Shown here one piece after another: positions 28,414 through 37,546 of a stretch of 64,000 nucleotides of DNA. Origin of the DNA: Candidatus Obscuribacterales bacterium. Lineage in GTDB: Bacteria; Cyanobacteriota; Vampirovibrionia; Obscuribacterales; Obscuribacteraceae. Numbering within the stretch: the first letter of the stretch is position 1; each line of letters opens with the position of its first letter. Below the pieces are notes generated by a model. That model was not told the origin of the DNA and made no database searches. It was given only the letters and a program-made list of their open reading frames with translations. Location: assembly GCA_965228855.1 (NCBI GenBank), contig CBDDIJ010000002.1, positions 1,312,001-1,376,000 of the forward strand. The letters run 5' to 3'. Position numbers and translations under genes: made by a program.

Positions 28414-30282
28414 TTAAAATGAAGTTGGCTGATTTTGCTTTCGACTGCTCGCCAGGGCTGCCGGTTGTGATCGTTTGGTTTCCGCACGCTTGCTGGTGTT
28501 TAAATACCCGTGAACCGGCGTCGCGGTCCGAGTCATGCCGCTTTTGCCGTTCAGTTCGTCGAGCGAAGGCATGGCTAGCTGTTTTGCCTCCAACTCTACC
28601 AGCGGTTTCTGGCTGGCATTGGCTGAAGTTTCCTGCGCGCCAGGTTTGCTCACAATGTAGCTTGCTGGCTGGATTATGACAGGAGGCAGCTCGTTGGAGG
28701 CAAAATCAGCAGAGTTCAGTTGAGATACTTCAGCCGCGGGAGCAATTGCGGTCGGTGCTACGCTGGGCATAATCCAGGCTGTCACAGGGGGAGTGTTTGC
28801 GGTGCTGGGCTCGGGGGCTGCTTCACGACCAGAAGCGAACGGTGACGTGTAATCAGTTCCATCGTTTTCAATTGCGTCTAGAAGCGCTGAGTTTTTCGTC
28901 GGTGCGAATGTTGCAGAATCGAACTTTCCAGCAGTAGCCTTGAGATTTTTCTCCGGTAGCCAGAGTGGTGGATATTTGTCGAGTTCGTTCTGTTCGTCTG
29001 GAATGACTTCACCGTTGAGGGTGATCACTCTGAGGTCGTCATCCGACTCATGCTTCTGATTGCGAGCGCTGTCTCCGCCGCCTGCGGCTGGAGCATTCTT
29101 TTTCTCTTCATTTGCCGGAGCGTTATTCTTGCCGGGATTTTTTTCCTTCTTCGGTTTTGGTTGCTTTTGTGGTTCGCCCTGATAGTGCTTCTTGAGCATG
29201 TTCATTGTGCCGACAAGATTTGGCTTATAAGCGCTCATTCGCAGACCGAAAAAGATACGAACGTCCGCTCCCGAAAGACCCGGTAAATTTCTTCCAGCAA
29301 AGTTGAAGACCGGCTCGCAGCGCACGAATGCCTGGAAACCTGGAAGGCTGTCGACAACTTGACGAGCGACTTCGAAATCGCAGATCCACGAGCCAGTATC
29401 GAGTTGGTTGAAGGCGGCTTCAAAACCCTTTTGGAATGTGTTCAACATGGTGGCGTTAGCAGAGAAAGCCCAGCGTCCACGCGTTGTTGCTAAACCGAAA
29501 GTATAGAATGGCGTGATACTTCGATTGGGACCGTGCATGAATTTTGTGGATCGCATCTGCATGATGGCGTTGAAATACGCGACGGAGCGCCACGGTAGAT
29601 AGTATGTAAACGTGAAACTCGGAATGTAGTCGAACACGGGAATCGCGCTGGACTGCCACAGTTCTCGAGCCATGAACTGGAGCTCGACTTGAGCCTTGTT
29701 ATTTAGAACCGGACGCTGGTGTTCTATCCCCAAACCAACCTGGTTGATGGTGGTATTGAGAATGTTGTTTTTAAACAGTTTGTCTCGCAAACAATAGTAG
29801 TTGACGAACAAATGTGTGTTCTGTGTTAAAGCCCAACCGGCAGTCAAGTTTGGCGAGACGCGGAAGACCACGTCTTCTGCATAGGAGCGATCTAAAAGGC
29901 CTTGAACAGCTTGTGCGCCTTCCGGAGAAAGGTTCTCCAATCCGTCAGGGGCGAACTTCCTGAGAATCGCGGAACGCGATGGGAACTGAAACACGTTCGT
30001 TTCTATCCGGAAAGATGATTCGACCGTGCCGCTGAAATAAAACGGTGCTGGAAGTTTTTGAAACAATCGCAGTTTCAAACTCTCGCCAAGTCTGGTCTTC
30101 TCTGTCTGAATCGGAATCGGCGCCGTGTCCGTCGGTAGAACCGTACTCGGTCTGCTACCGCCGAGAGCATCCTGGGCACTGACAGGCAGCGCCGCCATGA
30201 GAGAAGATATAGCAGCCACTACAGCTGGTGCCAATAATCTACGCCGATTTTTGCTGCCCTGGACTTTCACGCGACGCCACAT
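28414..30282 (-). CDS. Probable outer-membrane beta-barrel protein with disordered C-terminal tail
   Basis: Signal peptide (LPVSA|Q); about 12 alternating amphipathic strands from YFSGTVESSF to VRIFFGLRMS; Pro/Ala/Ser-rich tail. Confidence 0.55.
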   Translation of the reverse strand: MWRRVKVQGSKNRRRLLAPAVVAAISSLMAALPVSAQDALGGSRPSTVLPTDTAPIPIQTEKTRLGESLKLRLFQKLPAPFYFSGTVESSFRIETNVFQFPSRSAILRKFAPDGLENLSPEGAQAVQGLLDRSYAEDVVFRVSPNLTAGWALTQNTHLFVNYYCLRDKLFKNNILNTTINQVGLGIEHQRPVLNNKAQVELQFMARELWQSSAIPVFDYIPSFTFTYYLPWRSVAYFNAIMQMRSTKFMHGPNRSITPFYTFGLATTRGRWAFSANATMLNTFQKGFEAAFNQLDTGSWICDFEVARQVVDSLPGFQAFVRCEPVFNFAGRNLPGLSGADVRIFFGLRMSAYKPNLVGTMNMLKKHYQGEPQKQPKPKKEKNPGKNNAPANEEKKNAPAAGGGDSARNQKHESDDDLRVITLNGEVIPDEQNELDKYPPLWLPEKNLKATAGKFDSATFAPTKNSALLDAIENDGTDYTSPFASGREAAPEPSTANTPPVTAWIMPSVAPTAIAPAAEVSQLNSADFASNELPPVIIQPASYIVSKPGAQETSANASQKPLVELEAKQLAMPSLDELNGKSGMTRTATPVHGYLNTSKRAETKRSQPAALASSRKQNQPTSF

Positions 30283-30856
30283 GCGAGTGAGTTAGTGCGA
30301 CTGGTTTCTTCGGTTGGCTGGTTTCTTAGTAAGGTTTGAAAATCGCCTGAGCGATTTGGCGATCTAAAGTGACCGCACCAATTACTCAATTTTTTCCACC
30401 CTGAAACATGGTTTGACACCATATTTCGTACCGTGATTATACACACTCATTCTTTCGCCGTTTCCCTCTGGCAGAGGTTTTTACAAGCAAGTGAATGAGG
30501 AGTATGTCAAGTGATAGGGCCGAGCATGCGGTTTCTATCGCCATTTAGTTATCGACTGATCAAGTGTTGTCAAAGTTTCCCTCAAGCATGTCTGTATTAT
30601 GGATCTTTTATATAAGACGTTTGATTTGCTCTGTCCGGTTTTAAGGTCGGCTCGTCCGATTTTCTAAGAGGTAGTGACCGTAACGCTCAAATCCTCTTGA
30701 AAACAAATGTAAACGCAATATATAGACTGTTTTGAAGCCTCATGATAACCTTGACTTCAATCCGCTTTTCGGGCGCGCGGGACTTTGAAGTCGATGTTCC
30801 ACCCGAAAACTCCGTTATTTTTCGTCATCATCAACGCTATTCAGAGGAATGCTCGA

Positions 30857-31495
30857 ATGACTAACGGAAGTAGGTTTGTGGCGCTTGGCGTCTCTATGTT
30901 CGCAGCTGGTGTATTTCTCGGACCGGCGCTCGCTAGCGACAACTTTCGTTCTTTCGTGCACGCCAACCCTGGAATTGATAAGTCTGCACTCCGGCAAATG
31001 TGGCAGTCCGGTAGAAACGGCGGACAGGATAGTATCGGATTTGGTGTCATCGGTTTGAACAGCGACAGGGGGCGCAGCTACGTCCCACCGGTGGTCGATG
31101 TGACTATGCCATCGCCTGTGGTGCCGGGTGCTTTTACGAACTTTCGAGAGTTCAGGAATTCAAACCCGGGAATAGACAACCGCGTACTTCGTGAAGCATG
31201 GAGAGCTGATTCTGCGCAAATGAACATTGGTTTCATTCGCAACAATCCGGTCGATTTGTCGAGTCTCGGAGATGGAAAAAGGGACGTGACTTGGAACGAT
31301 TTGAAGAATTTGAATCCTGGTATCGACAAGACCGCTTTAAAGACGATGTACAGGCACATGAAAAACGGCTCGCCGGCTGACGTAACGTTCGGCGTGATTA
31401 CCGATGCAGACTCAATCACAAGCGTGGCGTCCAGTGGAAATCTGCTGGCGAATCAGAAAGCGTTTGGATCGGTCCAACTGCTAACGGACAAATAG
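30857..31495 (+). CDS. Secreted protein with three NPGID repeats
   Basis: GAGGA RBS; signal peptide ending PALA; three internal repeats. Confidence 0.7.
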   Translation: MTNGSRFVALGVSMFAAGVFLGPALASDNFRSFVHANPGIDKSALRQMWQSGRNGGQDSIGFGVIGLNSDRGRSYVPPVVDVTMPSPVVPGAFTNFREFRNSNPGIDNRVLREAWRADSAQMNIGFIRNNPVDLSSLGDGKRDVTWNDLKNLNPGIDKTALKTMYRHMKNGSPADVTFGVITDADSITSVASSGNLLANQKAFGSVQLLTDK

Positions 31496-31502
31496 TGTTT
31501 TG

Positions 31503-32108
31503 TTACTTGTGCCTTCCGTTCTGATACTTTCTCGCATTCTCTTGCGCGCGCCTGACTTGCTCGTTCATATCGACAAGTCGGTATCCGGGCGGTGGGGCAA
31601 AGTATTGTGCGCCGATCAAATTGGTCGATGACGTTTTAATCCGCATCTGTGGTTTGTTATCCAGCGTCATGAGGACGGGGCAGCCGAGAGACTTGTCAAT
31701 CCAGGCCTCGCTTTTCTTGCCGGATGCTGTTGTCGTTTGCCAGCCTTCGCAAAGACGACCTTCGACCATTTTGTCTCCAAGTGAGACTCTTTGGCTCGAG
31801 CTGCTGGACGGAAGTCCAGGCGTATTCTGCATCGCCATTTTGCTCACGGCTCTTGTCGAATCGTCGATTGAGAAAGTAGCCTTCTGGTTTGCATCGGTCA
31901 CTGAAACAAACGATCTGCCATTCATTACGGTCTCGCTACGAATTCTTCCCATTCCATCACAGGACAAGCGCATCTGCGTTGGACCTGACGGCATGTAATA
32001 GTCGTAGGTCGCATCATAGACTTTGCTGTAGCCGGTATTCTCCTGAGCCAGGGCTGGCTGACAGACCGTTGCGGCTGTTAAGAGCAATGCTGCAATCGTA
32101 GCTTTCAT
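31503..32108 (-). CDS. Secreted protein, DUF4412/LolA-like beta-rich fold (tentative)
   Basis: Signal peptide PALA|Q; LGDKMVEGRLCEGW, EAWID and FAPPPGY pattern. Confidence 0.6.
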   Translation of the reverse strand: MKATIAALLLTAATVCQPALAQENTGYSKVYDATYDYYMPSGPTQMRLSCDGMGRIRSETVMNGRSFVSVTDANQKATFSIDDSTRAVSKMAMQNTPGLPSSSSSQRVSLGDKMVEGRLCEGWQTTTASGKKSEAWIDKSLGCPVLMTLDNKPQMRIKTSSTNLIGAQYFAPPPGYRLVDMNEQVRRAQENARKYQNGRHK

Positions 32109-32157
32109 ATTTCCTTCCTGTGTTGGAATCTCAGTGAGTAGATTTATCCTACTGCGG

Positions 32158-33150
32158 TCACCTTTGTTTTAGGCGATGTACGATGTTTCTCAATTTCCAA
32201 AAGCGGCTTCGCTCCAAATTCTGCAGTTTCTCTTCGGTGTGAAATAGTTGGCTGCGCACATCATATAGAGTTCTGTTGACGCTTTTCAATTCTCTCTGGG
32301 AATTTCTTGCATTGGACCATTCGTTGAGAAAAACTTCCGCGAGGTCGGCATCGGATATGGTGGCAGTAGGGAGTTTTAACTCCTCGCCGCCAAGGGTGTC
32401 TGAGCGACGCAGAAGCTCTTCGTAAGTAGACATGCATTCCGGAAAAAATTTCTGAATGATCAGTGCCTGGTTTGCTTTCGTCGAGGTGCGTTCAATTAGT
32501 TTTTCATCGAAAATATCAGTTGCCGGTTTCTCCAGACCAAGTGAAAATCGTTCATTTACTCGGTCAACAAACGCACCTGGATTATCGACGATTGTTTGCA
32601 GCGCAGCTACGAAACCGCGATCGCTGTTTTTATCCATGAAATTTAAAATGGCGCGATTGTAGCTGGTCCAGGTATCGACAGCGAGTCGGGGTGAATCTTG
32701 AAACTCCTGGTCCCCCCTTCGGTAGAGCGAATCTATAACCTCCCATGGTGCGCGATGAACGAATACGAAGTTGGCTTTCGGTAGTCGTTTTGCCCAATAG
32801 GGAAGGAACAGCGTTGTACGAGGATCTTTCCAGCCCCACGGCGATGTCGATGCGCTTGTTTCAATTAGCTGGTCGGCTGCGGAACTGAACGACTCTGGCG
32901 GTTCGATATCAATTTTTGTGGTCCATCCGAAACGGCTTACTCCGAGAGATTCAAGAACCTGTTCGTGAAAGCGAACAAAGTCGAGGTTCTCGTAAAAGCC
33001 TTTGGCATTTATGCTCTCATGGGCTTCCATGAGTTGCTTGCCGACATCCAGACCGGCTGAATGCAGAATCGACGTCACCAGTGACGTGCCCGAGCGGTGC
33101 ATGCCGATGATTATTAGAGCATTGGAGCCGTCTGTGATTGTCTTCGCCAT
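32158..33150 (-). CDS. Sulfotransferase-family protein with C-terminal coiled coil
   Basis: 5'-PSB loop GMHRSGTS, KGFYEN, WGWKDPRT, 3'-PB-like RAPWEVIDS. Confidence 0.85.
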   Translation of the reverse strand: MAKTITDGSNALIIIGMHRSGTSLVTSILHSAGLDVGKQLMEAHESINAKGFYENLDFVRFHEQVLESLGVSRFGWTTKIDIEPPESFSSAADQLIETSASTSPWGWKDPRTTLFLPYWAKRLPKANFVFVHRAPWEVIDSLYRRGDQEFQDSPRLAVDTWTSYNRAILNFMDKNSDRGFVAALQTIVDNPGAFVDRVNERFSLGLEKPATDIFDEKLIERTSTKANQALIIQKFFPECMSTYEELLRRSDTLGGEELKLPTATISDADLAEVFLNEWSNARNSQRELKSVNRTLYDVRSQLFHTEEKLQNLERSRFWKLRNIVHRLKQR

Positions 33151-33217
33151 TAGGTTTTTCGGGGTCTAAGCTTTTTCTGTCAGGCTCGAGAATTTCGCAC
33201 AGCCGGCTAGTCAAGCA

Positions 33218-33297
33218 TTCGCGATTGGTCGCGAAACGGATTTCATGGGGGATAGTCTACCTGTATAGAGGTCCCATAACTTGAAAAGATTTTTCAA
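33218..33297. promoter_or_regulatory. Two perfect palindromes in the divergent promoter region
   Basis: ttcgcga-ttgg-tcgcgaa (33218-33235) and ttgaaaa-gat-ttttcaa (33281-33297). Confidence 0.35.
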
Positions 33298-33457
33298 TAT
33301 CATGGAGCGAGAGCGCCGCCTGGTCAGGCTCCAGCCGCCTCCAGTGGCAGCATTTGCGTGGTTTGCAGTATTATAGTTCGGCTTACGTTCTTGTCAGCGG
33401 CTAACTGGCAACTCGCCGCTGGTCATTTATTCACAATTTTGAAGTGAGAAACAGACT

Positions 33458-34342
33458 ATGGCGATTTCGTGGAAAAACAAGTCACTGCATTTGACCGAAG
33501 AGCATCGATTCACTGTCGAAGGCGGTTATGTCGAAGATGCGCTGCTCGTGTCGGGGAGCGGATCGGACACGCAGTTCGGCGGATTGTATTATGTGAAGAA
33601 AAGCGGCTGGATGGGCGGTGCGGAAGTCTGGTGCATTGACCGCTTGGGCTCTCGTGGAGTGGACGTCTCTTCTGATATGGTGGTGCGCTCTATCAAGGCG
33701 GAGAGTCATATGATCGCCACTATATATGGTGAGAAAACCGCCAGGGTCGTGGTCAGTGAAAAGGCATCAAACGTTCATGACATGCGTATATTGAACGGTA
33801 AGATTTATGCCGCTTCTACTGGAACCAATGAAATACTGCAACTGAACGAAGATGGCAGTATTGCGAAGACCTGGTCTTTCGGAAGCGGAAAAGACTCATG
33901 GCATATTAACGGTTTAGATATTTGGGACGGCAAGCTGGTGGCGTGTGCGTTCGGAAAGTTCGATGGCGACGGCGCTTACGAAGGGAAAACTAAAGGCGCT
34001 GGTTTGGTATTCGAAGTCGAAACTCAAAAGGACGTCTGGACCGGGCTTTCGGGTCCGCACACCCCTCGATCCGACAGTAAAGGGAATAAATATATCTGCG
34101 ATAGCGGCAGCAATAGACTTGTAATCAATCGGTCTGTTTCCGAGCGCGTTATCGAGTTCCCTGGCGCTTTTCCACGGGGGCTGGCCTTCGGGAAGAATTC
34201 GGTATATGTTGGATTGAACTATCTCAGCGGGCAATCGGGCAACTGCAAAATTGCTGTCCTCGACAATTCTACTTTTGAGAAGACCTCTGAGATTCAGCTT
34301 GATATTCCGGAAATTTACGACCTGGTCGCTACTAACGACTAG
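33458..34342 (+). CDS. DUF4915/TIGR03032-like beta-propeller protein
   Basis: NVHDM, DSWHINGL, GLSGPHTPR, ICDSG, FPRGLAFG, EIYDL. Confidence 0.65.
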   Translation: MAISWKNKSLHLTEEHRFTVEGGYVEDALLVSGSGSDTQFGGLYYVKKSGWMGGAEVWCIDRLGSRGVDVSSDMVVRSIKAESHMIATIYGEKTARVVVSEKASNVHDMRILNGKIYAASTGTNEILQLNEDGSIAKTWSFGSGKDSWHINGLDIWDGKLVACAFGKFDGDGAYEGKTKGAGLVFEVETQKDVWTGLSGPHTPRSDSKGNKYICDSGSNRLVINRSVSERVIEFPGAFPRGLAFGKNSVYVGLNYLSGQSGNCKIAVLDNSTFEKTSEIQLDIPEIYDLVATND

Positions 34343-34440
34343 GCTCCTTAGAAATAGCAAGCATTCGGAAATCGCATTAGCGGTACAATGAACCGGCAGC
34401 CAACCTGCTGCGGTCGGATGACCTCGTTAGCCGCGATAAC

Positions 34441-35346
34441 ATGACTGACAGAAAAACTTTTCCGAATTTCCTCGGTATAGGGGCACAGAAAGCCGGCACA
34501 AGCTGGTTGCACGAATGTTTGAAAAAACATTCCGAGATCTGGTTGCCACCCGAAAAGGAAATTCACTACTTTGACCGAAATCCTAAATACTCGACTCCGA
34601 ATTTCTTGCATCCGGATCAGCCTATACTGCGCTTCTTTGGTAAGGAGATGTGGAACGGGATTTATCGAAACAAGTGCAAAGACGTTTTTAAAGATCATCG
34701 AAAAAATCCGGAGATTTTTAGGTGGTACCTGAAGTACCTCTATCTTCCTTGCAGTGATGACTGGTACGCGTCTTTATTCGAACAGGGGAGAAGCAAAATC
34801 AGGGGCGAAATCACTCCTGCGTACTCCGTTCTTGACGCTCAGGACGTGCAGCATGTGCGGGACTTGATGCCGGACTGCAAGATAATCTTCATTCTTAGAA
34901 ATCCCATAGAGCGTGCCTGGTCTCAATTCCGTTTCCTCGTGCGCATGGGAAGAATGAATCCCGATGCGTCATTCGATGAATTCAAAACATGGGTCGATAG
35001 TCCCGACCAGAAAGATAGAAGCGCCTATCTGGATACTATCGATAAGTGGACAGGTGCGTTTTCCAGCGCTCAGGTTTTAACCTGCTTCTATGATGATATC
35101 GTAGCGCAGCCGCAGAACCTGCTCCGCTCTACACTGGAGTTTCTCGGCGCAAAATCTGATGACACTACTATCGGTGCTATATTGCAGCGTGGTCGAGTCA
35201 ATGTCTCTCCGGAAATTGATATACCGGACGAGTTTAAGAAGTACCTCCTGGAGGTCTACGCCTCGGATCTGGTACGGCTCGCCGACAGATTGGGTGGGCC
35301 GGCAACAACCTGGTTGGATGAAGTTCCGAAATCCTTGAGAGTTTAG
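34441..35346 (+). CDS. PAPS-dependent sulfotransferase
   Basis: PNFLGIGAQKAGTSWL, KEIHYFD, GEITPAY, LRNPIERAWS. Confidence 0.92.
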   Translation: MTDRKTFPNFLGIGAQKAGTSWLHECLKKHSEIWLPPEKEIHYFDRNPKYSTPNFLHPDQPILRFFGKEMWNGIYRNKCKDVFKDHRKNPEIFRWYLKYLYLPCSDDWYASLFEQGRSKIRGEITPAYSVLDAQDVQHVRDLMPDCKIIFILRNPIERAWSQFRFLVRMGRMNPDASFDEFKTWVDSPDQKDRSAYLDTIDKWTGAFSSAQVLTCFYDDIVAQPQNLLRSTLEFLGAKSDDTTIGAILQRGRVNVSPEIDIPDEFKKYLLEVYASDLVRLADRLGGPATTWLDEVPKSLRV

Positions 35347-35360
35347 AGTTGGTAACTTCA

Positions 35361-36248
35361 ATGAACACCAGAGTTTTGAATTTCCCTGCGTATTCCGTTG
35401 GTCGGCTGTATGTTGACGACGCTCTTGTAGGACAGCGGTTTCTCTGCGAGGCTCGCGATGAGGTTCGCTTTGGCGAACAGGTAAACGTGTGCTTGAAACT
35501 TGCCGCCGAAGCGGTACTTGACCTGTCGTTCTTCAACCGGGCAGGCTTCGAGCATCTAACCGAATTGCATTTACCGGCTGTTGTTGTTTCTCCCGCTCAG
35601 CTTCAATTTGTTTCCTCGCTTGGCTCGCTAAAGCGGCTTAAAATGAGCTATTCTCGTGTTGCCGATGATGCGTATTCGTTTATCTTCAACCTCAAAAACT
35701 TGGAAGAACTCCGGGCCAATTGGACTGACTTGGGAGATGCAGCGCTTGAGAGTATCGGTAAATTGGCACGTCTTGCCGTTCTCGATCTGAGCAAGTCCCG
35801 CGTCACGGATTCCGGCATCATTCACTTGAAGAGCATCCGCGGCTTGAGGACGCTGGTTTTGTGGGATACGAAAGTGAGTGGTGCAGGCTTCGAGGCCCTT
35901 CGTGAAAATGCGCTGCTTTCTGAGATCTGGTTGAGCAGAAGTAAAATTTGCGACCAGCATCTCGGTCAGGTAGCTGCCTTGCCTGGCCTGATCGCGTTGA
36001 GGTTGGCCGAAACCGAAGTTGGCGATGACGGATTGGCGCAGCTTTCGAATGCTGCTCTGTTGACTGATTTGGATATCAGTGACACGCGTGTGACCGATGA
36101 ATGCATTAAATATCTTTTGAAAATCAAAACTCTGAAGCGGCTGCTATTGCGGGATAGCGGGGTCTCGGCGTCGGCAGTGGCGGAACTGCAAAAGCAGCGT
36201 GCGGATCTTGAAATTACCTATCGACCTAGACCGCGATTGACCAGATAG
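35361..36248 (+). CDS. Leucine-rich repeat protein
   Basis: About eight 24-aa repeats LxxLxLxxTxVxDxGLxxL. Confidence 0.9.
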   Translation: MNTRVLNFPAYSVGRLYVDDALVGQRFLCEARDEVRFGEQVNVCLKLAAEAVLDLSFFNRAGFEHLTELHLPAVVVSPAQLQFVSSLGSLKRLKMSYSRVADDAYSFIFNLKNLEELRANWTDLGDAALESIGKLARLAVLDLSKSRVTDSGIIHLKSIRGLRTLVLWDTKVSGAGFEALRENALLSEIWLSRSKICDQHLGQVAALPGLIALRLAETEVGDDGLAQLSNAALLTDLDISDTRVTDECIKYLLKIKTLKRLLLRDSGVSASAVAELQKQRADLEITYRPRPRLTR

Positions 36249-36493
36249 CTAAGTGAGAGTGCGTCAATCCTGTTGCAGTTGATCGGTCTTCGTGTCCTGG
36301 TAACAGGTAACAGTCCGCTCGGCGGTTGTTTGTGGGGTGCGATTATGTGCACCGCAGGTGGTGCCGCGAGGAACGATGGCGCGGAAATCCATTCTCCAGT
36401 TGCGCTGAATGTCGATCTGATTGACAAAGCTGGTTTCAACCCAAATAGTTTGCTCTCTGAGCCGGAATCGCTATATGAAGCGATTAAATTATT

Positions 36494-37546
36494 ATGGAGA
36501 TCCAGACTGGACTTCAGGATACAATGTCAAATTCATGGAATTCGCCTGTTTTCAGGCTTATTCCAGGCGGAAAATTTGTTGATTCTAAACTCTGGTTCAC
36601 AAAGAAGATTATGTCGAATTCGATCATCTCGCAAAGCTCCAAGCTGATAAACAAGCTGCTCTCACGCAATCCACGCAACGAAGAAGTGCTGGAACCTCCG
36701 GTGGAGACGGATCCGCAAAAGATTTATCAGGACCTGGACAGTCAGTTTGTCCCTCGCGACCAGGAATACATTAAGCGAACTAAAAACCTGAGACTGCTTC
36801 CCCTTGAACCTTTCCGCAGGGGCGGCAAATATTCGTACGCTGAGTGGTCGCACGTTGTCGGAATTTTTCAGACCATAATGTACATGCATCTGGAAAACAA
36901 ACAGAATAATCGCGTTCTCGATATCGGCTGTGGAACAGGAATCCTGGGAATCGCTGCTGAACCTTTTCTTGGCGAGAGCGGGCATTATGTCGGGATCGAC
37001 GTTCTTAAAGAGGACATCGAATTTTGTACCGAACATTTCCCGAAAGAAACCTATTCATTCCAGCATCTTGATGTGCACAACACCGTTTACACACCAGAGC
37101 AAGCAAGCAAGCACTTGCCGTGGGACCAGCCGGACAACAGTTTCGATCTGGTAACCGCTTTGTCGGTTTGGACACATATGACTGAAGAAACGGCGTTCTA
37201 CTACTTCAAAGAAGTAGCGCGAGTCCTGAAGCCGGGCGGAAAGGCGTTGATTACGTTCTTCCATCTTGATGATTATTACGAGAAAAGCCTGTCACTTCGC
37301 AAAGAAGGCGAAAAGGGCAGATATCACATGACGCCTCAGTCTCGCTGGGTTTTTAAAAATTCGGCATATGAGTCTAAGTATTTCTTTTGCGTTGGAAAAG
37401 TTCCGGAAAATGCAATCGGCATAAATGTCGAGGGTATGGAAAAAATGCAGAATGAAGCCGGTCTCAAGCGAATCGCATACTATCCAGGCAATTGGAAAGA
37501 AATTCCGGGGGCGTACTTTCAAGACGTGATGGTTTTTCAAAAATGA
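36494..37546 (+). CDS. Class I SAM-dependent methyltransferase
   Basis: VLDIGCGTG, YVGIDV, FDLVTALSVWTH, RVLKPGG; start could be 36524 or 36611. Confidence 0.9.
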   Translation: MEIQTGLQDTMSNSWNSPVFRLIPGGKFVDSKLWFTKKIMSNSIISQSSKLINKLLSRNPRNEEVLEPPVETDPQKIYQDLDSQFVPRDQEYIKRTKNLRLLPLEPFRRGGKYSYAEWSHVVGIFQTIMYMHLENKQNNRVLDIGCGTGILGIAAEPFLGESGHYVGIDVLKEDIEFCTEHFPKETYSFQHLDVHNTVYTPEQASKHLPWDQPDNSFDLVTALSVWTHMTEETAFYYFKEVARVLKPGGKALITFFHLDDYYEKSLSLRKEGEKGRYHMTPQSRWVFKNSAYESKYFFCVGKVPENAIGINVEGMEKMQNEAGLKRIAYYPGNWKEIPGAYFQDVMVFQK

